From Botryllus schlosseri (lineage: Eukaryota): a DNA stretch of 64,000 bases. The stretch spans positions 1,738,001-1,802,000 of the forward strand of contig CM119378.1 in assembly GCA_051294905.1 (NCBI GenBank). Reading direction: 5' to 3'. The notes under the pieces were generated by a model. It was not told the origin of the DNA and searched no databases. It saw nothing but the letters and a program-made list of their open reading frames with translations. Positions 12,299-24,634 of the stretch are shown in pieces. Position 1 is the first letter of the stretch. Each line of letters begins with the position of its first letter. A program made the position numbers and the translations under genes.

Positions 12299-14980
12299 AT
12301 GTTTTTAGACAGCTTGCTATTGAGAGCTACAGCGCCGAACGCAATTCACAGAGTTCTAGAACAGAGAAAAGATGGTTCTTTACTATACAGCTGCAAACAT
12401 TCGGGCAAAGAAGAGATACGATTGTTTGATGCCGAAACGCAATCCGACAAATTGATATTCATAAATAACTCTGGATTAGAAATAGTCAATGCGTCATTAA
12501 ATCCAACTGGGGATGTAGTAGCGTTTACAACTATCCGTGCAAAGAAAAGCGCGGAATCCACCGATTCAGAAATCACAGGCAGCGCGAGCAGTGAAGACGA
12601 AATATTTAACAAAGTCACTCAGAATGAGCTTACGGCACATCCTACCCATCGTCTTTCGTGGCAAGTCTGTAGAGATGACGGAGAAACTAAACCCAAAACG
12701 GACACATCAACGAAACATTACACTGTGCTGAGAGGCAGGTACACCACGCATTTAGCAGATGTCCACCCTAGCAGCTGGATGAAAAAATTCGATGCGTCTC
12801 GAAGCAAATACCAAAGAGTGATCTTCACGGATTGCAACAACATCGTCGGCAACGGTAAGTCGAAAGAAAATCGCGTGTTATTAGTGATGCACAGGAAATT
12901 CGTCGGACTTTATTCGGTCATACTCGAGTCTAAACTTGTAGAAAATGCCGGTGGTATTGGTTCACGGAGAAAGAAGGTAGAGAAATGGAACATGGTCAAT
13001 CGGCCCGTATCTGTACTTATAGCGAGAAAACCGCTGTGGTCACAGTGGCATGCACCTACTCAACGATTATATTTTCTATCGGTGTCTAAACATCGAAGTG
13101 TTGACGGAGAAATGACGAGTAGCTCGTATGCCACAACGCTGTCCTGTGAGCAACTGATTACGTCGTCACAGGCATGGTCGAGGAGGATATACACAATCAA
13201 AGTTGACTTGAACCTGAAGCTAGATACCATGACCAGTCGAACTACAAGGTATGTACTGCGAGATATGGACCAGACGGTAGCCTCGTCGGATATTAACATG
13301 AAAATATTGGAACTTGAATACGGAGGGATAAGCTTAGCATGGCAAACACTTTCCCATACCAATGACGAAGATGGGTCGATGTACAAAATATTGCTGGTCG
13401 ATAAAGACATTCTAGTAACAGGCCTACAAGAATGCAATAAACAAAACGAGTCACATGAAAGGCGCTTTTCATTTTCCTCTCATAGGAACAACGTCATCAT
13501 TAGCAGTAAAGACAGCCCTGCTTTTATGCATTGCCTAGCTATTGATATCGTTACTTGTCAAGACCCACAATTACGAAATCACTGCCACTACATCATTCCT
13601 GCATTCCCGTTCCATAATTTGTCGGATATTTGTCAACTACCTTTTCCTGTTAAGAGATCGGGTTGTACTGATCAGCGGAACAGTGTTACGGTCTTTGATT
13701 GTGACAGTAATTCTGTTTACGGACTGCGTATGGATCCAAAGATAGCTGTCAAGATCTATTTAAACCCTGACAGTCACCTAGCGGACAAACTCGCCATCGC
13801 AAGGTTTGGGTATTTGAACATGAGTGATTTTTCTAGCTTCCGCGAAGAATTTCGTGACATCATTCTACACTTTGGGTCTGATGATATGGTTCTACGTGGA
13901 GACAAGGTTTTGGGAACGTTTTTAATTAACCGCGTGGCCAATGATTTAGTCGCAGAATTTTCAGAAATCCGATTTCTAAGATGGCTCTTGCCACATTCGA
14001 TTCCTTTTCCACATAACCAAGACACGTTGTTGTCAATATCTTATGAACTCTCTGTTATAAAAGAAGATATAACATCACAAATATCTCAAGCCGTGGATTT
14101 TGAAAACATGACTTCTGCTGGGGACAAATGGAATGATACATTGACCGCTATCAAGAACAGCCGATATCAACCGTTTAAACTTGATGGCGTATCGGACGAG
14201 CTGGATGTTTTAACGTCAACGCCCGAGCACAACACCGATACCATGCGTTATTTGAATAAATTTGAAACTCTCTACGAAAAAGAGGTAGCAAATTGTGAAG
14301 TAAGCAGGATTGATTCGGGTAATCCACAATCACGAGATAAAGGCAGTTTGCAGCGTATTACAATGGCATTGACGTATGACAAGTTGAGTTTACATTTGAA
14401 ACAATTTTTACCTGAAATACTGTCAAAAAGTATCGCGAGGAGTTACGTGAATGCTCAAAAATCTGCAGTGGATCATTATATGACTTTGTTCGCTCTCACG
14501 CATATCGATGCGGATAGAAGAAAATTTCTGTATGATGCTATCAGCGAAGGAGAATGGAAATTTCTGCAACTTATAAAGAGACTCTACCACACTTGCGTTG
14601 CTATCTACTTTCCTTTTCCGATTGGATTACAAACAATGATAGCCTGTCTGTCTTTCCGTACGTGTGTCGCGACTCATTTATTCTACGACCGACATAATGC
14701 CGAGGTTAATAAAAGCGAACTTTCTCTGCCAAGTAGACACGACGAGATACTGGCATTGTCGTTTGACTTTTTACAACTGGTGGATACGAAAGCAGTTCAG
14801 CTAACGCCAGAATTTCTGGAGCAGCTGCTTCACGATACGCCGGATCATAGCATCTACTGCTCGCTCATTGAAGGCATTTTGAATCGCGCTGAGTTGACTT
14901 CGAAGGAAATTTCTGATGATATGTTACAACAGTGGAGTCATTCACGAGCGAGGTTTTATTCGGCGTGTAAAACTATGAAG
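12299..14980 (+). CDS. GSAP: Gamma-secretase-activating protein / pigeon homologue, exon 1 (894 codons)
   Basis: N-terminus RVLEQRKDGSLLYS..IRLFDAETQSDKLIF..LEIVNASLN resembles GSAP; WSQWHAPTQRLYFL and FPFPIGLQTMIACLSFRTC motifs. The ORF runs into a strong donor AAG|GTATGT at 14981. Confidence 0.85.
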
Positions 14981-16072
14981 GTATGTTAATTGCTACTACC
15001 TTTAGAGCAGGGTCTGCGGACTTGTTTTAGGGGGTCCGTGAACGGGCAATAAAAATCAAGAAGCTACAAAAACAATCCCTTGAGTATGACGTCCTGAGTG
15101 CGACTGTGACTACCCTGTGTAGTCATTAGTAATCGTATTTTAGGCATTATGGAATATCTTAAATAGAATTGAGCTTGATGTGATGACCTTTCAATCATCA
15201 ACTTCTGTAATATATGGGGTGCCCCCAACCGCCCACCAAACTTTTAGGGGTGCACGATCGCTTTCGAGCCGGGTGGCCCACCTTTTTGCTATTCACGGTC
15301 TTATTTTGATTACTTTTGTAGCCTACGGCCGTATTCCAATGCTTGGCCGTAATGAACGAACTGGACGCCAGATAGCCATGTTAAACTGTCCATGTCCATT
15401 TCCGGCGAGCTCCGGACTAATCTACTTTTTTAATATCGGGGTACTATATACTGACCGAAATCGCGAATATGAATAGTTACTGGGATTCGTTATGGAATAT
15501 TTGTTAAGATTCACGAGTGTTTACAAAAGTGACTCTCAAATGTTTACCCATACTCAGCCCATGTGATCAGATTCATCGGCAGAGTTGATGGAGGGAGTTG
15601 CACATTTTTTTCGAAATCAGATTAGAATTAGAATTACGGAATTAAAGAATCTCTGTACAGTACAATGTGCATTGTACATTGTGCATTCTCAGCAAAAAGA
15701 GTGTGTGTTGACACCCGAAAGGTGGTACATACCATCTTATCGTCCCTAGGCGCAAGCGTCATTTGCATTAAAATGTTGTGTTTGAGTTATACCGTGCCGT
15801 GGAGTAGCATAAGTCAGAGGTAGGCTCTCGTTTCGTGTACCAGGGTGTCTATTCACACCCGCATGCCACGGTGGTATACGGGTGTGAATGCACATTTTTC
15901 TCGCTAACAGTGTACCTCACACAGACGTACACTAAGGTTGACCCGTTTCGCATTACACGGTTTTCATGTGTCATTTTAAAGAAAACTGGAAAAGAAATTA
16001 AAATCAAAATGGGAGCATAAAAACAGTTCAAAAATTTGATTAGAATAAGATTACTGGCATTTCACTCTAATT

Positions 16073-16753
16073 TAGCGGTTCTCAGCCGGGGGTGTGCGGA
16101 CCTCTAGGGGTCACTAAACCGCAAACTTTACAAAGGGTTTTATAACCTAATTTGTATATTTTGTTTAAACTAGGGAAATCACGACGCAGTTTCGCTTCAT
16201 TACTGGTAAAACTCCAGGACTCACATCAACAGAATGGCCATCTGGGATGAAATATCCTACTCTGCAAAGTCATTTTAATTGCTAAATTGCCGCTAGCCTA
16301 CTGATACAAATCATGACTTCGAAATGTTTGCAGAAATCCGTTTTCTCCTGTGATATGCATAACCACAATTCTATAATAAATTCAATATGAGCTGCTAGAT
16401 AACAATGGCCAAGCTGGACGTTATTTGTTCATCAAAATATCTGTTTCACCATTTTGGAGCCGTATTTGTTGCGAACAATGTGTCGTTGCAAGCGTCACGT
16501 TATTATCACATTTCTCACCGCCTATCTTTAAGGGGATGGATTTAAGGCACTCCTTTATATCAAATCGAAAGCGCGAATTTTCAAGACACGACCACGCATT
16601 TAAAGAAATGCAGATTCCGGACTGTTTATCACTAGCCTATAGATAATATTTGCACCAGACAGATGACGATTGAACGATTATTGAGCTAACTTTGAACTAA
16701 AAGGTAAGGGGGTCCGCGTGGGTCCGCGAAGACAACAAGGTTGAGAATCACTG
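16073..16753 (+). mobile_element. Buster/Charlie-type hAT deletion derivative in the GSAP intron
   Basis: Ends TAGCGGTTCTCA...TTGAGAATCACTG; decayed transposase C-terminus ITFLTAYL*GDGFKALLYIKSKAR near 16500-16575; homologous to 23079-23995. Confidence 0.7.
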
Positions 16754-16851
16754 TTCAAATTAGTGTATAAGTAGACCAATATGAATATTTAGTTGTCCAA
16801 GCCTGGCTCCAGCCTATCTATAGATTCTCAACATACGTAGGTTATTATAAC

Positions 16852-18143
16852 CAGAGGTGGTCAGTAACGAAGTACTCCTACTTTTTCGAAGTTCTCCAGT
16901 AGTTTTCCTCTACTTCTGGTACTTACTCGAGTAGATCTGATTTTCGCTACTTCTACTTCTACTTCATAATATTTTGTGATCTACTTACTTACTTTTGGCT
17001 ATTTTCAGTTTGTCAAGTAGAAGTAGTTTAGCCCTCCGATCAGGAAGGTAACTTGAGGCATTTCGGGACAGTCTTCACGGAGTATCAACATTTAATTTTC
17101 ATAAAAGTTTGAGTAGAGCCCGGATTTTTCGTCGCGCTTCGCGCGCATTGGATACGGAGTAACCAGTATTAATTTCACGAAAGTATCGGTCAATATAATT
17201 TAGGTAGCGAGTTGGCGTGGTTCCGTTCACAATGAATTTTCGCCCTTCGCCCATATGAAATATTTCATCACGGTATATGTGGCTCGTCATAACGTTTGAA
17301 ACTGATGTTTTGCAATATGGCAATTACTTATCATATCGTAATCTAGCAGTCCGTGGCGTGTCCCAATCTGGAAATGTGGACTCTGACTTTTTTTGTTAGT
17401 TTAGAGCTGTTTTAGCATACCACCTTCGAAATCTTCTGGACTAAAGACATGAAATACATGTTCCGCTTTCAGAAGTAATATTTATCTTTCACTTTCAATT
17501 CCCAGTATCATATATTTTGAGTTCTAATTGATATCAGTTCTTTTGTCTGGATAACATACATGTTGAAGTATAAAAGCAAGTGTAGTATAATGCCTTTAAT
17601 TTCCGGAAATAAAGCTACACAATATCGTATTTTAAAGATCCACCCTATTTTTCATTAACATTTACTAATCGCGCAAAGTGTTTAGACCGTATCCTATACA
17701 ACTTTTCCGTATTGCTCTTCGACTAAACTGCGGGCCTTAAAATATGGGGGAGAGCGCCATGATATTTTCTAAAACGTGCTGTTCGAGTAAACAGATGATT
17801 AGTATCGCATTTCCATATCAATACTATCATTTCCATCCCATGATGTGGACGAATGCTTATGCTGTCGAAAATTGGATACCTTCTGGTATGCATCAATATG
17901 AATCAAGCTCGGCACCTTTCGCATAGCTCAATTTGCACCTTTTGACAATCCATGTGAACTAATTACGATCGTTTTCACAACTACTTACTTCAGTAGATTT
18001 AAAGTCATTCACTTCTACTTTTACTTCAAGTAGTTTTAGGTTGCTTATGGAAGAAGTACTTCTGCTCTTACTTGAGTAGATATTTTTCGTCACTACTTCT
18101 ACTTCTACTTGAGTAGCTTTCTCGACTACTTTGACCACCTCTG
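16852..18143. mobile_element. hAT-type non-autonomous element with (CTACTT)n subterminal repeats
   Basis: TIRs CAGAGGTGGTCA...TGACCACCTCTG; degenerate TSD ATTATAAC/AGTATAAT; colinear with 44644-45940. Confidence 0.8.
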
Positions 18144-18260
18144 AGTATAATCTATAATAATGTATCACGCCACTGTCAAATAGCGTTATCGTCGCTAATG
18201 TAATAGGCTACCCTGCAAACTGCGTACCTATCACCACGTCTATGCGTTCTATGTTTTCAG

Positions 18261-18497
18261 AAATTGTCTCGCTGTACAACGCGCCACAAAGCTGACGTTG
18301 GAACGGCAGACCGAAACCTGGGTTTCAAGACGCCGCGACAAAATCCCGTTCATTTCAAGCCCTTGGACATCTTCTTGAATCAAGTTTATCGCAAAGGAAG
18401 AGAGCTCGACATGTCTGTGACGTCGATAGCACAGGCCACCATGCAGAATTCCATACGAGAACACGGCGCAGAAAGCCTCCAGCATATTCCGCATTAA
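18261..18497 (+). CDS. GSAP: GSAP terminal coding exon
   Basis: Acceptor GTTTTCAG at 18260 is phase 0, matching the 14981 donor. It encodes VHFKPLDIFLNQV, similar to the GSAP C-terminal VEFLPLNYFIEIL. Stop TAA ends at 18497. Confidence 0.75.
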   Translation, partial: KLSRCTTRHKADVGTADRNLGFKTPRQNPVHFKPLDIFLNQVYRKGRELDMSVTSIAQATMQNSIREHGAESLQHIPH

Positions 18498-20785
18498 AAC
18501 CGCGTCAAATTTCTTGGGAGTCCCGGATGTGGTTGAAACAAAATGGAAGTCTTCGGAAAGGATTGTTTTAATTGGAAGTTGATTGCTTGTGCCACTGAAA
18601 ACACCTGGATCGCTGGATGTCGCAGATGAGAATTTGAATTTAAGACAGAAATATATGCGGTACCGATTTTATATCATCTATCTCATTATATCACCAGACA
18701 GCGCAATATTATCTCGTATCTCGTATTTTCGTGACTGACAATAGTATTGACTATATTCAGGAATCACAGTCATATTTCCAATGAAAAGCTAATTCCATAC
18801 CTATACTCTTGTAAAACGAGTGTCGGTTTAGTCAAGATCTGTATTCTTCAATGTTGGAATGTATGATTGTAAAACATTGCAGTTTTACATAGCCGAACAG
18901 AACAACGATGATTGAATTTATCCCCGCAGTCGCGGAAAGTGCTCACAGCCATATCCGACTAAAGGCCGACTTCTGCAATGTTTTAAAGAACACAGGGTAA
19001 CGACGGTGACCTAAATCGGAGGCGAAACCTAAACTTATAATCTCATCGTGACTTGCATCCTTGATTTTTCGCACAGTGTTGATTTTTGTGATTATACTGC
19101 GACACAGAATCGTCATGAATAGCATAGTTCGTGAAACGTTCGTGGTAATTATAAGCAATTTGTAGATCTGAGTCAATCAATGGAGGACTTGAGCGTAGAA
19201 CACAAAATGGCGATAGATTTCGTCAATGTAGTTTCACAACTTAAATGAATTATTTAAGCTAAACTTGCATTTGATTCACTATGACATTTTCTGAAGTCGG
19301 TAGCCGTAGGCTAGCTAAAGTTATTACTGTCTCGGTATCGAAAATCAACAACATGCGCATTTGATCCACACATCTCCATATCGTATGTAACATTTTGATT
19401 ATTTTCAAATGCAAATTTTCAAAAGCCATATTTCATTTGACAACCCGAATCCATACAAATCATCAAGTTTCCACTGTCGAACATAGGCAAAAACGTTACC
19501 TAGGTCAAGCTATATGTTTTATCTTATTCCTGTAACCATAACACAGCATTAGTTGATACGCGTCTGATCCATATATACATCTATTTTACACTCGCTGATC
19601 AAATATGACGAATTATCGCACGTTGCTTCACACTGTTGTAAATTGCCCGCCCCTTCAACGATTTCTGCGATTAGTATTTAACAGAGAATAATATACCGGA
19701 ACATCTTCTCCAAATATATCATCAAACATCATACAAATTGACCTGACGTGACGTATATGATCATGATCACATTCGATGGTGTCGTTATACATGCATACCT
19801 GCATTTTATATTACCACTATAAAGTTTAGTCTTAAGAGACTGTGGCAACGTATCGCCTACTAATCTATTACGAGTCTCATTGCCTTCAAAATAATATCAC
19901 CCAGCAGCATTTATTTTCGAAAACGCTTGATCACGATGAAAAATCAGAAAAAAAAATCTAAAATTAGCGCATACGCAAACAAAATATTGCTTGAATTCAA
20001 ATCCGGGTATCTGTCTATATTGCAATATTATACCTAATACAACATAAGGACAGTACGAATGCATGCACGAGGGGGTTCATGTGAACTCGAACGCGAATAT
20101 ATGAGGTTGCAAATAGGCCTATACATTGCTATTTCCATACTGGACCGACGCAAATTACTAAGCTACAATATCAAAATCCGAATTCTGGGACGCTAGTATC
20201 CATATATGCGCCTATGAAAAATTACTAACACCTTGCAACTCAGGTGTTCTATCGAATACAGATGCCTTGCCTTTGGTTCATATGGCATGCTTTTCCATTC
20301 TTACAACTTTCATAAACGAATATGTACGTTTTATTTGAGTCTGGTTGATAGAGGGGACACATATCTGTTTTGGTCACGTGGAGAAACTTTAAGCAGCTGA
20401 GACCATATAGCGTGCCAAGTTCAACTATAGCAGTAATTCGATTGGTGAGATGATGACATTTTTGCGGACTGCAATGAAAAAACAATCAATTTTCAACACG
20501 AAATTCCTCATACAATACTGGAGAATACGAAGCTTCAGCTAAGACTATATCGACATCACGTATACAGCATAGGCAACTGGTATATGTTTCGTATGAAAGA
20601 CATAAGACATAAACAAATTATTATCGATGATGTAATTGATTGATGCGACTCACTCAAAGAGGTAAGTATTTTCCATGTACCATAAAATAATAAATATAAA
20701 CATTTTAGCATCATGAATCGTGCATGGCGGTGGAGCAAATTAGCTGCAATGTGCGCCAACTTCAACGCCATTCGATAAAAATAAT

Positions 20786-21334
20786 TTAAGCGGAGGTTCC
20801 CGTTACATCGCTACGTTGCGTTGTGCTCGCTGGTATAACCCGTATCATCGAGTGTCTGATCAATGACTTTGAGAACTTTTCCAGATCGTCATATTTCTGT
20901 TGCAATATTTCCAATTCCGCGCTGAGTATGCTGTTCTCTCTGGATATCTTTTCGACATCGTGTCGTAACTGTTGTTTTTTCAAGTCCAGCTCTTCCTTTT
21001 GCGTGAGTCTTTTCACGCGACAAGACGCCGCGTATCCGCGGTTTTTTAACGTCCTGCGACGCTGCTTTAGAGCTTTTACTTCTTCGCCGTTTAGTCCCTT
21101 CAAATTCCGATTCAATTCTGGAACGCTGAGGTTTAACAGTTCTTGATCTGTCAAAGTTATGGAACAACCCGATATTACGTTGGGTCGGTTGTCGTACGGT
21201 CGCAGTGGATTTAGCACGTTCGGTGTCAAAAAGGAATTCCGACTTTGCTGATGGCGATCCATCGTCGAAGGGTACCCCCGGACGACACTCTCGCCGGTAT
21301 CCATATCTGTAACGCCTATCTTTGAACGCTTCAT
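20786..21334 (-). CDS. Small Maf bZIP transcription factor (MafF/G/K-like), 182 aa
   Basis: Extended homology region [21 protein letters not shown], basic region [21 protein letters not shown] and a leucine zipper; no long N-terminal activation domain seen. Confidence 0.93.
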   Translation of the reverse strand: MKRSKIGVTDMDTGESVVRGYPSTMDRHQQSRNSFLTPNVLNPLRPYDNRPNVISGCSITLTDQELLNLSVPELNRNLKGLNGEEVKALKQRRRTLKNRGYAASCRVKRLTQKEELDLKKQQLRHDVEKISRENSILSAELEILQQKYDDLEKFSKSLIRHSMIRVIPASTTQRSDVTGTSA

Positions 21335-21799
21335 TTGTATGATAAGATTCGGCTACTGCGATGATTACAACTAGAACAGAAGTCGAAATGTCAAATTAAT
21401 TCACTTCAATATATATGCCAGTATCAGTAGCAGTTTATCAATAATCTTATCATTTCAAAACACCTCACTGCGATACATTGAAACTATAGGAAGGTGTTGA
21501 AACGACTTGAAGTAGTCTTTGACATCAGACACCCACATGGTCCTGGGCAATGGAAAGAGAAAGCATGCACGCTGAATGAAAATTAAAAGAAGATAACAGC
21601 AAAGAACAAGCGACAAATGACGTGACATGTGAATGAAGGCAAGATCGATATATATTAGGTCGCGGTCCGGTACATTTGGGGGCTGACTAGTATTCATTCA
21701 GTAGAAATTACTTGTATTTCGACTTGAATGTGGAAATGGTCGACGACAGTTGGATGGCTGGCGAGATACTGTTCCACCAGCGTGTACTCAAAGTGCCTT

Positions 21800-22644
21800 T
21801 GTAACAGACCCCCGTCTGTAGTTGATCACACACGATTCAACAACTGTTGCAGAGACTTTATTATACGTCTGTCCGCCGAAGCGGCCAGAAGCCAAAGAGC
21901 AAGTGAAAGCACGATGCGATAATACTACAACTGACGTAAGGGGCAGTATAGAGCACGGCTGCCACACTATTCCCCATCAAACTTGAGAAGTGCCTATAAA
22001 AACACTCTCACAAACTACAATAAAAAAAACAAAAACAGCAACATCAAAACCGACAAGTTCAAAATCACCAACAAAATCGCAAACATCCGCATGACCGCAT
22101 CACATTAGCAGAACACTAACCCTAAACTAACATCAGTGAACAATTCCCTAAACTAAAACCCTAACAACGCCGCGCCACATCAACGGGAGAGTCACACGCT
22201 CCATCCCCTCTTCATGACATCGGACCGGGAGAGTCACAAGCTCCATCCCCTCCACGCGCGCTCACATCAGTTCCGCCAGTGAAACAGTCATTACGAATTG
22301 AAGCCATCAGTCAAGTCTTCAAACTTCTCATATCGATGCAAAACTGCTTCTTCAATCGGTTCAAATAGCCAATGCCGTAATCGAATTTCCGCCAACTTTC
22401 AGCATACCGTTACTGCCCAGGAATCTTCAGACTTGCAGCCAAAATTAATGAAGTAACGTTTTTAGCGTGCTCGCCATTGTAACAGACCCCCGTCTGTAGT
22501 TGATCACACACGATTCAACAACTGTTGCAGAGACTTTATTATACGTCTGTCCGCCGAAGCGGCCAGAAGCCAAAGAGCAAGTGAAAGCACGATGCGATAA
22601 TACTACAACTGACGTAAGGGGCAGTATAGAGCACGGCTGCCACA
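21800..22644 (-). mobile_element. Miniature non-autonomous LTR retrotransposon (TRIM-like), 845 bp
   Basis: Two 167-bp direct repeats (21800-21966, 22478-22644) with TG...CA ends and 4-bp TSD CCTT. On the minus strand: PBS TGGCGAGC after the 5' LTR, purine tract GATGGGGAATAG before the 3' LTR, AATAAA inside the LTR. No internal ORF. Confidence 0.88.
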
Positions 22645-23078
22645 CCTTTGAGTACACGCAGGTTCCACTGGACTTGAATGATATGACATTGGAAAAAATA
22701 CAGGAACCAAACGCGTGGTCCGTTTGTATTCTGCGTTGCTGCGTATCGCTGCTACATGCGGCTAGAGGCAGGGCACGGTATGGTATGGTATGGAACGAGA
22801 ATTTTCCATACTCCATACTTGCCTTACTCTCTCCATACCATACTTGCAATTTTCCATACCATACCAACATTGTTCCATACCATACTTGATACATATTCCA
22901 TACTTTCAAATACTTCAATATCATAACTATAGTACCTTTTCTAGCACCTATATTATTGATATTTCGGATGTCATTAATGCTTAAACTAGCCATGATGCGA
23001 ATCTTACTCCTGGTAATAGTTTCACAGAGTCTGTAGTTCACATTGGTGATGTGCCGTGTACCTTTACTCTGTCTACAG

Positions 23079-23995
23079 CAGTGGTTATCAACCGAGGGTC
23101 AGCGGACCCCTGGGGGTCCGTGAAGCATTTTCAGGGGGTCCGCGAAGCCTCTAAATTTGTAAAATTATTGCCAACCTAATTTTTATTTTTTAATTAAGAA
23201 AAGCATGAGCCTTTTTCGCTTCATAATAACTAAAACTTTTGGAATCACATCATTGAAATGGTCGTCTGAGATGAAATATCCGACTGTGCAAACTCAGTTT
23301 AATTGTCAAATTGCCAAATAGCCTGCTAATGCAAACATATTGCTGTTTAGAGATGTTTTGTTGGGCCTTGTGAAAAAATGAAATGTTGGAGATAGCAAGG
23401 TCAAGCAGGCAAACATTTCGGATTTGGAGTTGTCAGTCTCAGCAAATTAGTAAACAGTCGTTTGAAATAAAAATTCCTGAATTTGTTTTCCGCATCTGTC
23501 TCAATGAAGGAATTGAAACTTCGCCACAAAATCCATTTTCTCCTCTGATATACCACTAACTAACTCCAATATGATATGCTAGATAGAAATGACTGTAGGC
23601 TGGACGTGAAATTTTCATTAAAAACTCACTCCAAATTCTACCATCGGAAGCGTTACGCGTTACTATTACATTCGCCACCAATACATCGTTCTGGAAATGG
23701 ATTTTCGGCACTCATTCATATCAAGTCGAAGACGCGGATTTTCAAGACAATAAATACAGCTGGAAAATTCCCTTCGAACTAATAAAAATAAACCCAATTT
23801 CTACATATAGTGTGCTGTTATTTTCAACAAAAGTCATTTTGTGGCTGTTTATCACTAGTCTACATTTATTATTTTCACAAGACAGTTGACGGTTGCACGA
23901 TAATTGAGCCAATTTTGAGCGAAAATTAGAGGGGGTCCGCGATGTCCGTGACGGTCCAAAAGGGATCCGCGAAGACAAAAGGCTGAGAACCACTT
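23079..23995 (+). mobile_element. Buster/Charlie-type hAT deletion derivative (nested)
   Basis: CAGTGGTTATCAA...TGAGAACCACTT; TSD GTCTACAG/GTCTACAT; transposase C-terminal remnant GFSALIHIKSKTR at ~23695-23740. Confidence 0.8.
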
Positions 23996-24057
23996 GTCTA
24001 CATCCTCCGCGAGCAAATTGAGATATTCAGGAGATTTTTTATCTAGGACCGTCAATA

Positions 24058-24634
24058 CAAGGGACTGGCAACATACGGCCCGCAACGACATTTTGTCTGG
24101 CCCGCGGACAGTTTCCCGTCTTACATGATAATGTGGCCCGCGGCCCCAGTCTGCCGAGATTCCCCACTATACTTGCCTAAACGCCAAATTTTAGTGACCG
24201 CATGTTAGGTCTGCGCACTGCGCGGCGTGCGAGAATGGAGCTTGCGGATAAGTTCTTCGAAGCGAGAAGACTTGCATTATCGGCATTTACGATGTACTCA
24301 ACCCTAATGAATTGATATCTTGGTAAATTTTGGGTAAAGAAGCTTATCAAACGCTTGGAAATCTTAATTAAGGATTGCACTGTGAGTTAGTTGATCAGCG
24401 AGAAGCAGACATGGCGGCGCCTGTATGACAATGCTGTTCTCAAATCCACATTGTATTTTCATTATCGGCGAGATATGGCTTTGAAGTGACGTTGCTGTCG
24501 ATAAAAGACATTCAATAAATACGATTTATTCCTTGTATATAAGGGCGAATAATTTATCCATTCAGCAATCCGGCCCGCCAAGTACTTAATTTTCCTATAT
24601 CCGGCCCACCGACTAGAGAAGTTGCACGCCCCTG
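24058..24634. mobile_element. Charlie-like MITE (nested), GGCCCGC subterminal motifs
   Basis: CAAGGGACTGGCAAC...GTTGCACGCCCCTG ends with repeated GGCCCGC; TSD not resolved. Confidence 0.55.

Noticed and set aside
8390..12299. PRORP-KLHDC9-GSAP operon (same strand, tunicate-style polycistron)
   Set aside because: Gaps of 1.3-1.5 kb contain TEs; trans-splicing cannot be judged from DNA alone.
12280..12308. Upstream ATG giving MILRL (like GSAP MALRL) that joins the main frame if GTAATGTTTTTAG is removed
   Set aside because: A 13-nt intron is too short for normal splicing; probably coincidence or an old indel, and untestable without transcripts.
22445..23041. 198-aa and overlapping ORFs, and the WYG/PYH-repeat ORFs at 25172-25597
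   Set aside because: Translations of an LTR plus (GGTAT)n subterminal repeats; no protein signature.
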